The notes beneath the pieces were generated by a model. It saw only the letters and a list, made by a program, of their open reading frames with translations, ran no database searches and was not told where the DNA came from. This document shows positions 26,165 through 38,105 of a stretch of 64,000 bases of DNA, piece by piece (positions within the stretch are counted from its first letter, which is position 1; every line of letters begins with the position of its first letter). The DNA is taken from assembly GCA_964252035.1 (NCBI GenBank), contig OZ176206.1, one strand, 5' to 3'. The translations under genes were made by a program, and so were the position numbers. The stretch comes from Podarcis erhardii (Eukaryota).

Positions 26165-26304
26165 CTAAAGTTTGATTATTTCCCCAGAAAATTAAAACTG
26201 ATAGGTCAGTGTTAGGTTGTTTTTGAGGACGAGTTGTCAGGAGGACATCCATTTGTGAATCACCGTCATAATCACCAGGAACCACACTGGTTATCACCAC
26301 ATTT
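26165..26304 (-). CDS. ITFG1: ITFG1 coding exon 3
   Basis: ttttag|AAATGTGG...ACTTTAG|gtaggc, 140 nt. Encodes NVVITSVVPGDYDGDSQMDVLLTTRPQKQPNTDLSVLIFWGNNQTL, with the GDYDGD FG-GAP motif. Confidence 0.96.
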
Positions 26305-27368
26305 CTAAAATTAAAAAAGGTAAAGTATTTAGTATTGTTAATTACTTAGTGCATGATTGCAAACAATCATGCTTTCTTTAACAGTGATTTGCACATAATT
26401 CTTGCACATAATTCCTCTTCTAATGCAGCACAATATTTGAGCTTATATCATTCTCTATATTCTGCCCACAAAACTCTTGAGGTGTTTCCAACTGCTGAAT
26501 CTATTTCATGCTTTTAAAATAGGGCTTAATAAATTGCTTCCACATAGAATATAGACTCAAAGGTGAAATCCTGGACAGAGAAGGAGCGAGTGGAAAAGAA
26601 GGACTGTCATCATAAAGCTTTTGAAAGATAAATAGAAAGTTTATTATGGCATACATTAGGCAAATGGCAGGGCTAACATCCATTCCAAAGTCTACCAATG
26701 GAGCCAGTGTCTCTACCTTGGCTCACATTTGAACAGGGTCTTTCCCGTTCCCTGCACCAACCAAGAATGATCCCCTGAGTAACACTTGGTGGTGCACAGG
26801 ATTCTTTTCTACATGTCACACACAAGGAGATAAGAGGCATTCCTAGAGTAAGTTCCCCAAAGGCCCTCCCCCACAAAAAATGCTTCAGCTGTCTTTAAAA
26901 TGAGGAAAAATTAAACATGCCCTTGTCTAGCATAAGAAAGAAGTGGAATATTTTCTCAGTAATTTTTCACAAACTAATGGCAATGCCAGTATTCAAAACT
27001 GCAATCCTAAACAAACTTATTGGACATTTCCATAACAAACATGTTCAGGATTGCTCTGCCCAATTCTGAATGTAAAGCGTCATTTCTAGTCTACAAGCCA
27101 CTAATTATGAAGGTTATCACATATCAGGTTACCACAAGTTTCCTATGTGCAAATCACAAAACCACAAGCCACAACCTTCAGACTTAAGTCCCATGGTAAA
27201 TAAATTCAGCATTTGGACAGTTCATTTAAGTTCAGCAATCAGACAGTTATAACAAATAGCACACAACAGCCTTCTGGAAAGGCTTATGCCTGTTCTGATG
27301 GGATGAGAACAGAATTCAATCTGCTATATATCAGATGTATTTAACATACCTTATAAAGAGATACTTAC

Positions 27369-27441
27369 GTTAATAATAATTTGACTTTGGGCTTAAAATA
27401 GGGTTCTTTTTGGTCTGCCAGGAAAATATTTAATTCACCAT
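27369..27441 (-). CDS. ITFG1: ITFG1 coding exon 2
   Basis: gttttcag|ATGGTGAA...TTATTAAC|gtaagt, 73 nt. Encodes (D)GELNIFLADQKEPYFKPKVKLLL(T). Confidence 0.96.
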
Positions 27442-27559
27442 CTGAAAACCAAAGAAAAACATGACTGTAGTCTAAAATGAAAACATCATATCAGGAACTG
27501 TCATGTAATACATGGTTTTTGAACGACCCTCTGGGAAACCTGTTTCACAATAACTCATC

Positions 27560-27986
27560 TGTTGCGTGTCTAGACCCTGCAACCACCACCTCGTAAAGAA
27601 TAAGACACTAGGACACAGACATTACGTTAATGTTATTGGGCAAATTTTGACCACAACTTTATTGATTACAGACTGTGAGCGGTATTGGCTTAGGCATTGA
27701 ATGGACCCGACTATATCTGACTCCTACCCGTTGTGCAGGAAGTCTGGTAAGGGTAAACCACCAGAAAGGGGAGCCCCGTTGATGCAGACCAATTTGAGCT
27801 CCCCCAGATGTTCCCGGTGGGGTCATGTCATGGCCCTAGCCCTGCCCCAGGCTTCGGACAAGATTCATCAGCCCAGATTCCTTTAACGGAATAAGCTTCC
27901 CTCCTTAAGCTTGGAGGGGCAGATGATGGCCACATCTCCCCTTCCCCATCATAAGGTCAAACAATGCCTAACCACAAAACCTTACA
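27560..27986 (-). mobile_element. Possible solo LTR in ITFG1 intron 1
   Basis: TG...CA bounded (TGTAAGG...CGCAACA on minus), AATAAA on minus at 27658-27663, CpG-richer than flanks. No TSD found. Confidence 0.4.
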
Positions 27987-28409
27987 AAGTTGTGACGATT
28001 GCTACAAGGTAGGTGAAAACCAAATGGCCCCATGCCAATTTTGCAAAGTGGAAAAAATCCTACCAGGCCCCTCAATGGTGACCAACTGAGGTCCATAGCA
28101 AGGCGAACGAAAAAGAAACCTGAAAATAGGGAGGGAGGGCAGGAGTTTGAAGAAGCAAGCCAAGAGGAAGCCCTCTGGCTCGCGCCTCAGCTTAAATGGT
28201 CCCAGCCACGCGCCCCCAGCCACCGGATTGGCTGGCTGGACAATGACGTGGCCAGGATCCCCTGGGCAACATGGGACTTCATCCCCAGCCCCCAGAGGAG
28301 AGTGGGTTGCCATGTGGTCCACCGCAACTCCTCCCCACAGTGAAGTGGAGTAGACTTAAGGAGCCCTAGAGTAAGTGTCGTATGCTTTACATAACTTTCT
28401 AGGGTAAGT

Positions 28410-28411
<2 letters not shown>

Positions 28412-28443
<32 letters not shown>
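28412..28443 (+). repeat. (AC)n microsatellite
   Basis: Directly visible; a second (CA)n tract lies at ~28673-28700. Confidence 0.95.
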
Positions 28444-28447
<4 letters not shown>

Positions 28448-30435
28448 CACAAGACACACTGCCAGCTCTGCTATACTTTCACTCTCCCTATACAAAGTGG
28501 GAGAGTGCCCCTAGAACAGACCTAGCACTCCCATGAATGCTGCAGGAAAATATAAGTAATGATGAACAAACTTTCCCAGGGAACCTTGTTCAGCATTACT
28601 AAACTTCTCACTGAGTAAGCCCTAGGTTCCCTGGAACAAAGTTTGAAAACCACTGTTGCGCTATAGTGAGATACACACACACACACACACACACACACAC
28701 CATGTCTAAATGTAATGCCAAATCATACTTTGTCTTTACATGAACACGTCTAATTGGTCCACATGCTCAGGTCAACATGATCCCTACTCCCACTCATTTC
28801 ATAAATGGTTTCCCTCCCTCCTTTCATGGTTCCCCTAAAAAATAGACTTTTGTTTTGCCTCAAAAAGAAAACTATGAATTGAAAAATATAATGGGTTTCA
28901 ATTCTTGTTTGCAGGGCAAGCACAAACCATAGTGTTCTGGTTAACGCAAAACTGTAAGCTATGGTTTGCCTAAAAAGAGGTAACTGCTGCATGTGAAGGA
29001 AAGTGAGTTTGGCTTCACAACTGAACCACTTCAAAGTCACATCTTTCTTTATCTGGGCATTATGAATCTTATCTTGCATTATGCAGTTTCCCATTTCAAT
29101 ATGTTTCTTGTCAGTTATAAGGGTAACAGAGACATATCTTGACAAATATTGTTCTTTATCACTACAAAGACAATTGCCTGCTATGAATTTATATGAATTT
29201 ACACAGAACAAGAAAACCTATGAAACTTACAGAATTCTGGGCAGAAAAGTTGTTCTAACCATGCTGCTGGGCTTCAGTATACAACAAAGCCCATCCCAAC
29301 TACTTCTATGAATTGTCATATAGTCTGGAATCAACTACCAAGTCTGAGGCATGCTGCAGACATGTGAGTTGTATTGAGTCATTAGGGCGTGGCATGCATG
29401 AGGACCAATAAACAACAACAGGTTTCTTTCACCAGCTCAGAGCTTTCCACCCTAAAGCTAACACTCCTTTTGTAAACACCAAATTCACTTCATTTCCACA
29501 ATTGGCAGACATGGGGCTGCTCAAGCCATGCTCTACTTATCTCTAGTCAGAGTAAACCTATTGAAATGAATGCACCTAACTCTACCTATATGTTCTATTT
29601 TATACGGTCGTCAAATGTCTGTAAAACAATCAAGTGGTATATAAATTGTTTAAAAAGAAACAAAACTTAGCTATGCCCATTCATTTCAGTTGGTCTGTGA
29701 TCAGAACTAACAATGTAAACAACCCTTCACCATTCTTTTGGCAGATCCATTGCAAATGATTAATCTACTTGCCACTTGCCTGGGTCCAACACCACCCCAC
29801 CCCCAGGTCCTTTGCCTCCCCAGGTGAGAGGTGGGCCACTAATGGAGAAAGGAGACATAGCTGAAAGCTGGGCAATATCTCTACCATACAGTGTACTGTA
29901 TAAAAGTTCATCGTGATTAGTTTCTGCGAAACATCCTTTGGGAATAGTAATTAACCCCCACCCAAAAAAGTTTTGTGTACTACCATTTTGTTCCCATTCA
30001 CGTTGGGTATAATTCTCTCTCCTGCTTCAGTCCAAGCTGCTCAATCAGGTTAACTTATATGCATTTCTCTTCTGTATTTACTGACTTCACGATTACTTCC
30101 AATTGTTCATAATATAACAAGTAAATGACGTGTCATTGCTTTTTTGAATGTTTTAAAAGCAGTTGCTGCTGATAATACCGTGGTCTTACCCTCTTTAGTC
30201 AATCGCGCTGTGATTTTGTTTTGTTTTGGCAATCAAGTACTGTAGTGTATAAATTTTATGAAGTAACAGATAAAGAAGATATTTATGTGGTGTGTTGCAC
30301 GAGGGATGCTGTAAACACAGCTGTGGAGAAGTGGCATACAAACAAACGGATGATGAAGACGATGAGGATAATGTTGATGTCAAGCCCACCCCGACCCAGC
30401 CAAGGTCCGCCCTCCCGCCTCGCCTCCCTCCTCAC

Positions 30436-30646
30436 CTCCCCTCAGCACGAAAAGGTCCGTCTGCTTGTCGGAGTTGAAGTCCCCGAAGGCGGCCAGCGTC
30501 CCGTAGGCCTGGTTCCCGAAGAGCTGGGACGTGACATTCTGCAGGGCCCAGCCGGGCCTGGCTCCCACCAGGAGGGACGAGAGGAAGAGGAGGAAGGGGG
30601 GGAACGGGAGGCCCCTCCGCGGGCGGCGGCAGCAGGGAGCCCTCAT
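30436..30646 (-). CDS. ITFG1: ITFG1 coding exon 1 (signal peptide and first FG-GAP repeat)
   Basis: ATG at 30646. Encodes MRAPCCRRPRRGLPFPPFLLFLSSLLVGARPGWA-LQNVTSQLFGNQAYGTLAAFGDFNSDKQTDLFVLRG. Donor G|gtgagg at 30435. 211 nt, phase 1, joins exon 2 in frame. Confidence 0.95.
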
Positions 30647-31075
30647 CGCGCACGGGCAGCAGCAGCAGCAGCGCCAACAAACTGGGTCCTCCTCCTCCTC
30701 CTTGCCACCGCGACCACCAACATCACTTACAGCCCCATCCGCTGAGGCGAGGAATGTCAGGAAGGGCGGGGGGAGAGACAGAAGAACCACCGCGAAGCGA
30801 GAGGGCGGAGGGGGCGCGCCTGTCACAATCCCGACCGGCTTCCGGGTTCGCTTTACGACAACGTCGCGCCCGCTCCCTTCTTCACGGCCCGCGCGCCCTT
30901 CAGCCCGCATGCGCCGCAGGGACGCGTTTACGGCCAGGCCGGGCAACCGCTCAACCGCCTGCCTCGGGAGTTGGGGAGGGGGAAGGGAGAGTCCGGGTCT
31001 GTGAGGCGAGCGCCAGAGTCGAGCTCCGAGGCTTCCTCTGACGGCTCGGCCGCCGCCGCCGGTCCTCCCCTCGCC

Positions 31076-31142
31076 ATGGCGTCCGCTCTGGCCGACGTGA
31101 GCTGGAAAGTGCTGGAGCTGAGGGCCCGCTCCAAGCGTTCAG
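31076..31142 (+). CDS. PHKB: Phosphorylase kinase beta subunit, coding exon 1
   Basis: Strong Kozak gccATGG. Encodes MASALADVSWKVLELRARSKRS(G), matching recalled human EVSWKVLERRARTKRSG. Phase-1 donor CAG|gtctga, which is weak at +3 to +6. Confidence 0.95.
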
Positions 31143-32491
31143 GTCTGACCTCTGCCCCCCTCGCCTGCCCTTTCGCCTCCTCAGGGGGAAGGGGAACCGC
31201 GCTTGTTTTGCCTGAGGCTGTGAGGGCGGCGGGTGTCGCTTGACTGGACTGCCGCCCACCCGCCTCACCCACCCCGCTGCCCTGGCTCCCTTCCCTGCCC
31301 CCGCTGCTTCTTCCTTCTCCTCGGCCCTTGCCTTTCTCTTTTCCTTCTCCCTCGCCTCAACTAACCCAGCGCTCTGTCTCCAACGGCGGACATCCCAGCC
31401 AGATGTCTGCCCGACAGGAACCTCACCAAGCAGGGAGGCAGAGGCAGAGCACCTGCCCTCAGGGCCTGGCATTTGCAGCTATACTACCCCTGAATGTGGA
31501 GGTTGCGTGCCTGAGAAGATGCCCGTCGCTGAGACAAACCCTCTTGGCTCAGAGTTGCTACTCTAGGGGTGGGGGAACTTGTGCCCCACGACATGTTGCT
31601 GGGCTGCAACATCCATAGTTTTCGGCTAGGCCTGGGTGGTGGTGGTGGTGGTGAGGGTGGGAAGCTGATAGGTGTTTGTCACCCAGCAACATCTGAGGGC
31701 CACAGGTTCCTCGCTCCTGGACTACTCTGACCCGCAGCAGATTTTCAGGGTTTTATGCAGGAGTCTTTTCTAGTCTTCTCTGGAGTTGGTAGGGATTGAA
31801 TCAGGAACACCTGCCTGAAAAATAGGTGCTCCGCCACTGAAAGAAGGATGAAGGCCTTTCTCCTAAAGTAAAAGGGACCTGCTGAATCAGGTGAAGGTCA
31901 CTGTCTAGCTTAATGCACTGTTTAATCTGCTGCATGCTTACTCAAAAGTAAGTCATGTTAAGATCTCACGAAACTCAGTGGTACATACTTATCTGAGCCA
32001 ATATGCTCAGCATGGTTGCCATCTTACGCACTTTGTTTTCTGGAAGCATGCTGTAAGGGACACAGTCTTGTCCTAAGAAGCCCACAAGCAGGCCATGAAG
32101 GAAACAGCCCTCCCTTTCTCTTCCCACCTGAATGATATCTAGTAGTCGCCTGTCTGAGTTAGCTGTTATGGTCAATGACTGTTGATTAAACTCATTCTCC
32201 ATAGCTTTGTCTAATCTCACTTTAAGTCTTCTAAGACAGGGGCTATCACATCTTGTGGCAGTTAATATCTGCCTGTTCTGAACTGTAGTATTATAAGAGG
32301 AGAAAAACTTTACTTTGCTCACTTCCTCCACAATGTGCATGTTTTTACAAACCTCTGACGGCTTGTAACAACAACAACACAGATGTTTTAGCCTCTTCCT
32401 CATAGGAGAGGTGCCCTTAGTTTTCACAGCATGGAGATAGAACATAATCTCCCAGTAATGTTGCACATTTAAGCAATGGCTAAAGACAAAA

Positions 32492-32840
32492 GGACGTGGG
32501 TGGCGCTGTTGTCTAAACCACAGAGCCTAGGGTTTGCCGATTGGGAGGTCGGCGGTTCGAATTCCCACAATGGGCTGAGCTCCCGTTGCTCGGTCCCTGC
32601 TCCTGCCAACCTAGCAGTTTGAAAGGACGTCAAAGTGCAAGTAGATAAATAGGTACCGCTCCAGCGGGAAGGTAAATGGCATTTCCGTGTGCTGCTCTGG
32701 TTTGCCAGAAGCGGCTTAGTCATGCTGGCCACATGACCCGGAAGCTGTACGCTGGCTCCCTTGGCCAATAAAGTGAGATGAGCGCCCAGAGTTGTCCGCG
32801 ACTGGACCTAACGGTCAGGGGTCCCTTTACCTTTACCTTT
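32492..32840 (+). mobile_element. Sauria SINE (Squam1-type)
   Basis: Pol III A-box GGTGGCGCTG and B-box GGTTCGAATTCCC, body ctagcagtttgaaag...gtagataaataggtacc, (CCTTTA)n tail. Flanking direct repeat TAAAGACAAAAGG (32481-32493 and 32840-32852). Confidence 0.9.
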
Positions 32841-35289
32841 AAAGACAAAAGGTGACAACCTCCCCCTCCCTTGTTTTTTAAGGGCAGGGTCTTGTACAAG
32901 AGCTTCAAGCTAAGTAGAAGTACATCAGATGTGGCTTTCCCTCATCATCACATGCAGTGACATGGGGATGAGCTAATGGGGAAAAGCATCACAGTTTTAT
33001 CTCTTCTGTCACATAGATGCTGAAGACACAGAAACTCTGGCACAGCAGAATTTAGAAGTCCTAGACTCTTCAACTTTTTCTCTTCTTCCCCTGCATAACT
33101 GAAGGCAGAGGTTGAAGCATCTCTCTCCACCCACCCCACTTTTCTTTACCTTCAGAGTTGTCCTTTCTTTGTCACCCTCATAATATGGTTTTCCCTGTGT
33201 TCTCCCCCCCCCCCAATGATTTGGCCTCTCAACTTTTCCAGCACCCTCAAATCCTCCTCCTTCCTCTTCCTTTCACTACATGCTCCGTTTCCCACTGTTC
33301 TCACTTTCCCTGGTCCATCAACAACCTTTCCCTGCCTCAGCTTGTAGCTATTTTTGTCTTGCTTGTTCCATCTGGCAGCTTTGCAAGTCACTTGAAAAGG
33401 CGGCAGCAGCTCTGGCTGACACTGAAGATGCAAACTCTGCTGTTGCCTGTTTATATTTCTCCCTGTGGCTCTGTTATAAATATCACTAATAAAAGTCTTA
33501 AGAGAAAGTTTAGCAGAGGCATGTGTTGGGTCTCAGTAACTTGCATAATTTCTTGCATGTGTTCAGCTGCATCTTGCCTTATTTCTGTGCAAGTTTCTCA
33601 ACTTTATGGGAACACATCAAAGTCTTGTATCAAATTTGTAGTTCCTTCCCTTGAGAAGAGAAAACTTAGTTTTCGACCACCAACCACTCATGCCCATTGC
33701 TTTGTAGTACTGATGATCCCTACAAATAAATTTGGCCAGTAAATGACTATCATTTGGGCTTGATATTTGAAATTCACTTTATCCAGTGATGAGTGACTTT
33801 GCTACTTATTTCATTTAATTAGATAGTTAAATTTCAAATCACTTCCAGGGCCATGCACTTCCAGAACAAAGTCCTGTTGAGCACATTGTAAATAAGTAAG
33901 CTACTACACACATCATTGTGTTAGACAAGCTAATAAACTTTAATGTGTTCTTAAATTACTATTACCTTGAACAATTACTATGGTTCCCTTGATTTGCTTG
34001 TTCCATTACAACACACTTCAGAACATGACTTTTAAATTATTTACCTGACAAATAATATAGAATAGGCTATAGTGACTCTACAAATGATAGTTTAAAATTC
34101 AGTGCTAAAGCAAAAGTAAATAAGGTAGATACCCTTTCTTTCCCCTCACATTTTGTATTTGACCTATGAAGTTTTGTTTGAATCCTAAGGCTGGCTGGCC
34201 CAAACTGCAGTTAGAAAATATCACAGAGAGCACACACTTTCTACAATACATACGCTAACCTAACTTTCATATGACAGTATACATGCTTATGGATATATGT
34301 TTTCATTGCCAAACCTGACCAGGTGTAAATTGATCTATAACCAATGACTTGCACCCCAGACTTAACCTTACATGACACTGTATGTGAAATTTCCACTGAA
34401 AGTACTATATGCCCACCAGCTAATCAGTACAAAATATCCACATTCAGAGTTGGGAAGCTTTTGGCTGCTAAGAAATTATGCTCTGGCATGAATTTAAAAC
34501 ATTTTCCAGGCCTTTTCAAAAGTGTTTCAACATTCCATCTTTTGAGCTGAATGTGTTTCCCAGTCTGCCTTAAAGGAGTGTTGCCAAATCAAGTATAAAC
34601 TTAAGCTCTAAAAACTGCAAACATGTTTTGATATGGATTTATTTGATTATAAATAGAAGTTTGTGATTATTTAATTGTATTGTGTGCAGGGAAGAAAACT
34701 GCTGGGAATTTTAAAACAGATCATTTAAATTATGCTAATGGGTGTCCTGAAAACATCGCTGTGGTCAAAAAGTATTTATATAGGCACAATAATTTATGCA
34801 CAAGAATACCTGGCAATACATTGATATTGTGTTAAAAAGTTGCAAACCTTTTGACCGTTACTGACTCAGTATATTACAAGTGAAAACTTTTCTTTGGATT
34901 GGGGCCCACATTTTTCTATAGTACTTTAAAAAAATGCCATCAAGTATGGCAAAAAGTTATTTTAACCAGCATAATACACAGTACATTTTTAAAAATACAT
35001 TTTTTTACCAAATAGTTTATCAACCAAAAATAGCTGACCATATTAAAATATATGGTAATAAATAGGAAAAGTGTATTCATAGAATCAAAGAATTGTAGAA
35101 TTGGAAGGGAACTCAAAGATCATCTAGTTCAACCCCCTGCATGCAGGAATCTCAACTAGATCATATATGACAGAGAGATCATACATCCAACCTCTGCTTA
35201 AACACCTCCAAGGAAGGAGAGTCCATCACCTCTCGTGGGAGTCTGCTCCACTATCAAACAGGTCTTACTGTCAGAAAGTTCTTCTAGAT

Positions 35290-35419
35290 CAGTGTTTCTC
35301 AACCTATGGGTCCCCAGATGTTGGACTACAACTCCCATCATTCCTAGCCAGCATGACCAGTGGTCAGGGATGATGGGAGTTGTAGTCCAACAACATCTGG
35401 GGACCCACAGGTTGAGAAA
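35290..35419. mobile_element. hAT MITE lacking its right terminal CACTG
   Basis: Starts CAGTGTTTCTCAACC and ends GGTTGAGAAA. Same foldback body as the many ~120-140 bp copies at ~1948, 9560, 12370, 16460, 19535, 20000 and 31565. Confidence 0.75.
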
Positions 35420-35532
35420 GATCATACACCTAACCTCTGCTTAAACACCTCCAAGGAAGGAGAGTCCACCACCTCTCGTGGGAGTCTGCTCCACTATCGA
35501 ACAGCTCTTACCGTCAGAAAGTTCTTCTGTTT

Positions 35533-35828
35533 AGTCATAGAATCATAGAATTTTAGAGTTGGAAGGGACCCTGAGGATCATCTAGTCCAGTGTTTCCCAA
35601 CCTTGGGCCTCCAGCTGTTTTTGAACTACAATTCCCATCATCCCTGACCACTGGTCTTGCTAGCTAGAGATGATGGGAGTTGTAGTCCAAAAACAGCTGG
35701 AGGCCCAAGGTTGGGAAACACTGATCTAGTTCAACCCCTGCAATGCAAGAATAGGCAGCTGTCCTATATGGGAATCAAAGCTGCAACCTTGGCATTATCA
35801 GCATCACACTCTAACCAACTGAGCTATG
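35533..35828 (-). mobile_element. tRNA-Ile-headed SINE with CR1-derived tail
   Basis: Minus-strand head tagctcagttggttagagtgtgatgctgataatgccaaggttgcag resembles tRNA-Ile. Tail gggtcccttccaactctaaaattctatgattctatga is a CR1 3' end. Confidence 0.7.
35588..35723. mobile_element. hAT MITE nested in a SINE
   Basis: Perfect 16-bp TIRs CAGTGTTTCCCAACCT; 8-bp TSD ATCTAGTC/ATCTAGTT. Confidence 0.9.
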
Positions 35829-38105
35829 CAAGTCAGAATCTCCTTTCTTGTAACTTGAAGCCATTGGTTCGGGTCCTAGCCTCCAGAGCAGCAGAAAACA
35901 AGCTTGTTCCATCCTCCATGTGACAGCCCTTTAGATATTTGAAGATGGCTGTCATACTTCCTTTCAACATCAGAAGTGTTTTTTATCTTCAAGATACTGT
36001 TACTGATACTGTTACTGGAAACAGTGCTGTAAGCAGTGGGTTTTTTTGAGGCCTTAAAGAGTTAGACTGATCAAATAATTTTTGAGGCCTTATAGACTGA
36101 CAAAATAATTTTATTTATCCATATTTATGCAGCTGTGTATCATTTGGCCCCCTGGCCCTTCAGTCCTGGCAAAACTGGATGAATGAACAAACAGTATAGT
36201 TGAGAGTGATCCAGTAGTTGGTGAGGTTCTCAGAGACATGGAGCCTATGGCCAATGGGGGAACAGGATCATAGCTTCTTTACTGCCAGATATGCATATTT
36301 CTTGTATTTGAGCCTGAATAGTATGTAGTTGATCTCTGCAATTTTGGGCACTGCTGAATGTGGTTATTTCTAGGATTAAATACGTATTATTGCAGCACAG
36401 CACCCTCAGTGTATGATGTAGGCCACAAGAAACATATTAATGCCAAGTTCCATTCCATGTCAATGAGATTGTCATGTACATGCCTTGCTAAAATTCAGCT
36501 TGGGTCATATTTTGGCACATAACCACAAGCCTAGCTATTAGAGCTGCTTCTGCTAGCCATTGTGTGCTAAGGTGATCATGGGAGTAGACCCAAGTTTAAC
36601 TAAATGAAATTTTGAGTATGCCCCTCTTCAATGTAGATAATTAAATTTAATTAAACAATTTAAAAAAATAGAAACCGGCCCTGTTCAGGTGTTCTACAGA
36701 AGTGTTAGGCCAACATGTGATAGAAGAGAGTGAGGACAAGTGTGCTAGATCTGCTCTGTATCCCTCCACAAATTGGAATGCTAATTTCTGAAGCAGGGAG
36801 CTTTCTCTATTCATGTAGGTTCCTGCACAATGAAGAACACTGATTTTCAGGGTTCTAAATTTCTCAGAAATCAGACACTGGTAGAGTACACTCCCTGTTT
36901 AAGAAGTTATCCCTACAACATTTGGAGAGCAAAGGGAGTTGGGGCTAACTTGCTTGTCCTTGCTTCTCCCTGCGTGTTGATTTAACCAAGACACTCTTCT
37001 GCAATGTAAGAATATGTAAACTGAGTTGTGTAGAACCCTTTATCAGACATAATAGAAAGGAGGTTGCTACCATAGATACTACAAATCCAAAACAAATGCA
37101 TTATGTAATAGAGACAGTGCTATCTACAAATACTGGAGTTAATCTGTGTCCTTCATATGCTAGTATCTGGCCTGATGAAGAATTGTGCTTAATTAAAACC
37201 TTTGTTTACACAGAATGATGCAATAAAAGTTGCAGCGTATACAGTCTTGATACTGTAGAATCAATTGCTTCCCAAACTGTCATCCACATTTTCCAAATTC
37301 ATACAGAACAGACACATTCCTTTATATTTTTCTGTATCCAAGAAACAGAGGAATTGCCAGTGTTTATATTTATGATTTTTCTTGTATTCCTTTTAGCACT
37401 AATTTCCCCAAAAGTGAGTTGGGAACAGTCACCAGGTTGCTGAAACCTTGTTGAATTTTAAGTAGGATATTATAAATGAATGTGTTATGTCTAAAATAGG
37501 GTTGACATAACCCTATGGCGAAATCATCAGATGAAATCTGAGCCAGTACAGAAACGTACTGAACAAATTTGAAATCTGTTGTTGGGTACGTTAATGAAAA
37601 GCTTCAAAACTCTATAAAAGCAATATTGTATTGAAAAATGTGTGTAATTGCATACTATTTTGGTTTAGAACAATTATATGTTTCATTAAGCAAAGAATAA
37701 ATGCATTTCGTTTGGACCTGGAATTTATTTCAACTTAGTGGAGGATTTCCCCCTCTCTTTGTTGTAAATATCCAATATTATCTGGCATAATAAGATATGT
37801 TAATGTCAAATAACATTCTTGTTATAGAACAGTAGGCTGACATTATGTAAAAGTAGGTAATGGTACTTCAACCAGAGAGATTTATTGAAAATTATGATAG
37901 AGGAAAATCAAGTTTTGCAGTAGAGGGAAAACATAAAATATAATGAATCTAATTATCCTCTTTATTGTATGCTGCATCATGTTAATAACTCTGCTAACAC
38001 TGCTTTTGCTTAATTCAAAGCTGATTGCCTCTAACCCTCACTAAATATTTTCAAAAATTGCTGTAGCTTAGCCTGAGACGGTTGTGATTAGCTGCAGAGC
38101 TTGAA

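Larger units (their letters stand above)
30380..31400. promoter_or_regulatory. CpG island / bidirectional promoter shared by ITFG1 and PHKB
   Basis: Abrupt GC- and CpG-rich segment in an AT-rich background. Divergent start codons at 30646 (-) and 31076 (+) with 429 bp between them. ETS/GABP core CCGGAAG (minus, 30839-30845), NRF1-like CGCATGCG (30906-30913), GC boxes, no obvious TATA box. Confidence 0.85.
35087..35955 (-). mobile_element. CR1 LINE 3' fragment, interrupted by MITE and SINE insertions
   Basis: Reverse complement of the CR1 3' end (tagaatcaaagaattgtagaattggaaggga). Body resumes at ~35831 (agtcagaatctcctttcttgtaacttgaagccattgg). Confidence 0.75.

Noticed and set aside
30189-30240. 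NHSA peptide plus a GTAAGA donor resembling an ITFG1 exon
   Set aside because: The real exons 2 and 3 already join in frame; this frame stops right after NHSAID.
30380-30946. 188-aa minus ORF as the full ITFG1 N-terminus (in-frame ATG at 30910)
   Set aside because: The extension runs through the promoter core (the ATG lies inside the NRF1-like motif) and would displace the signal peptide. ATG 30646 gives a normal signal peptide of the expected length.
30221-31618. Many overlapping 80-175 aa ORFs on both strands
   Set aside because: Expected in a GC-rich CpG island with few stop codons; the products are low-complexity.
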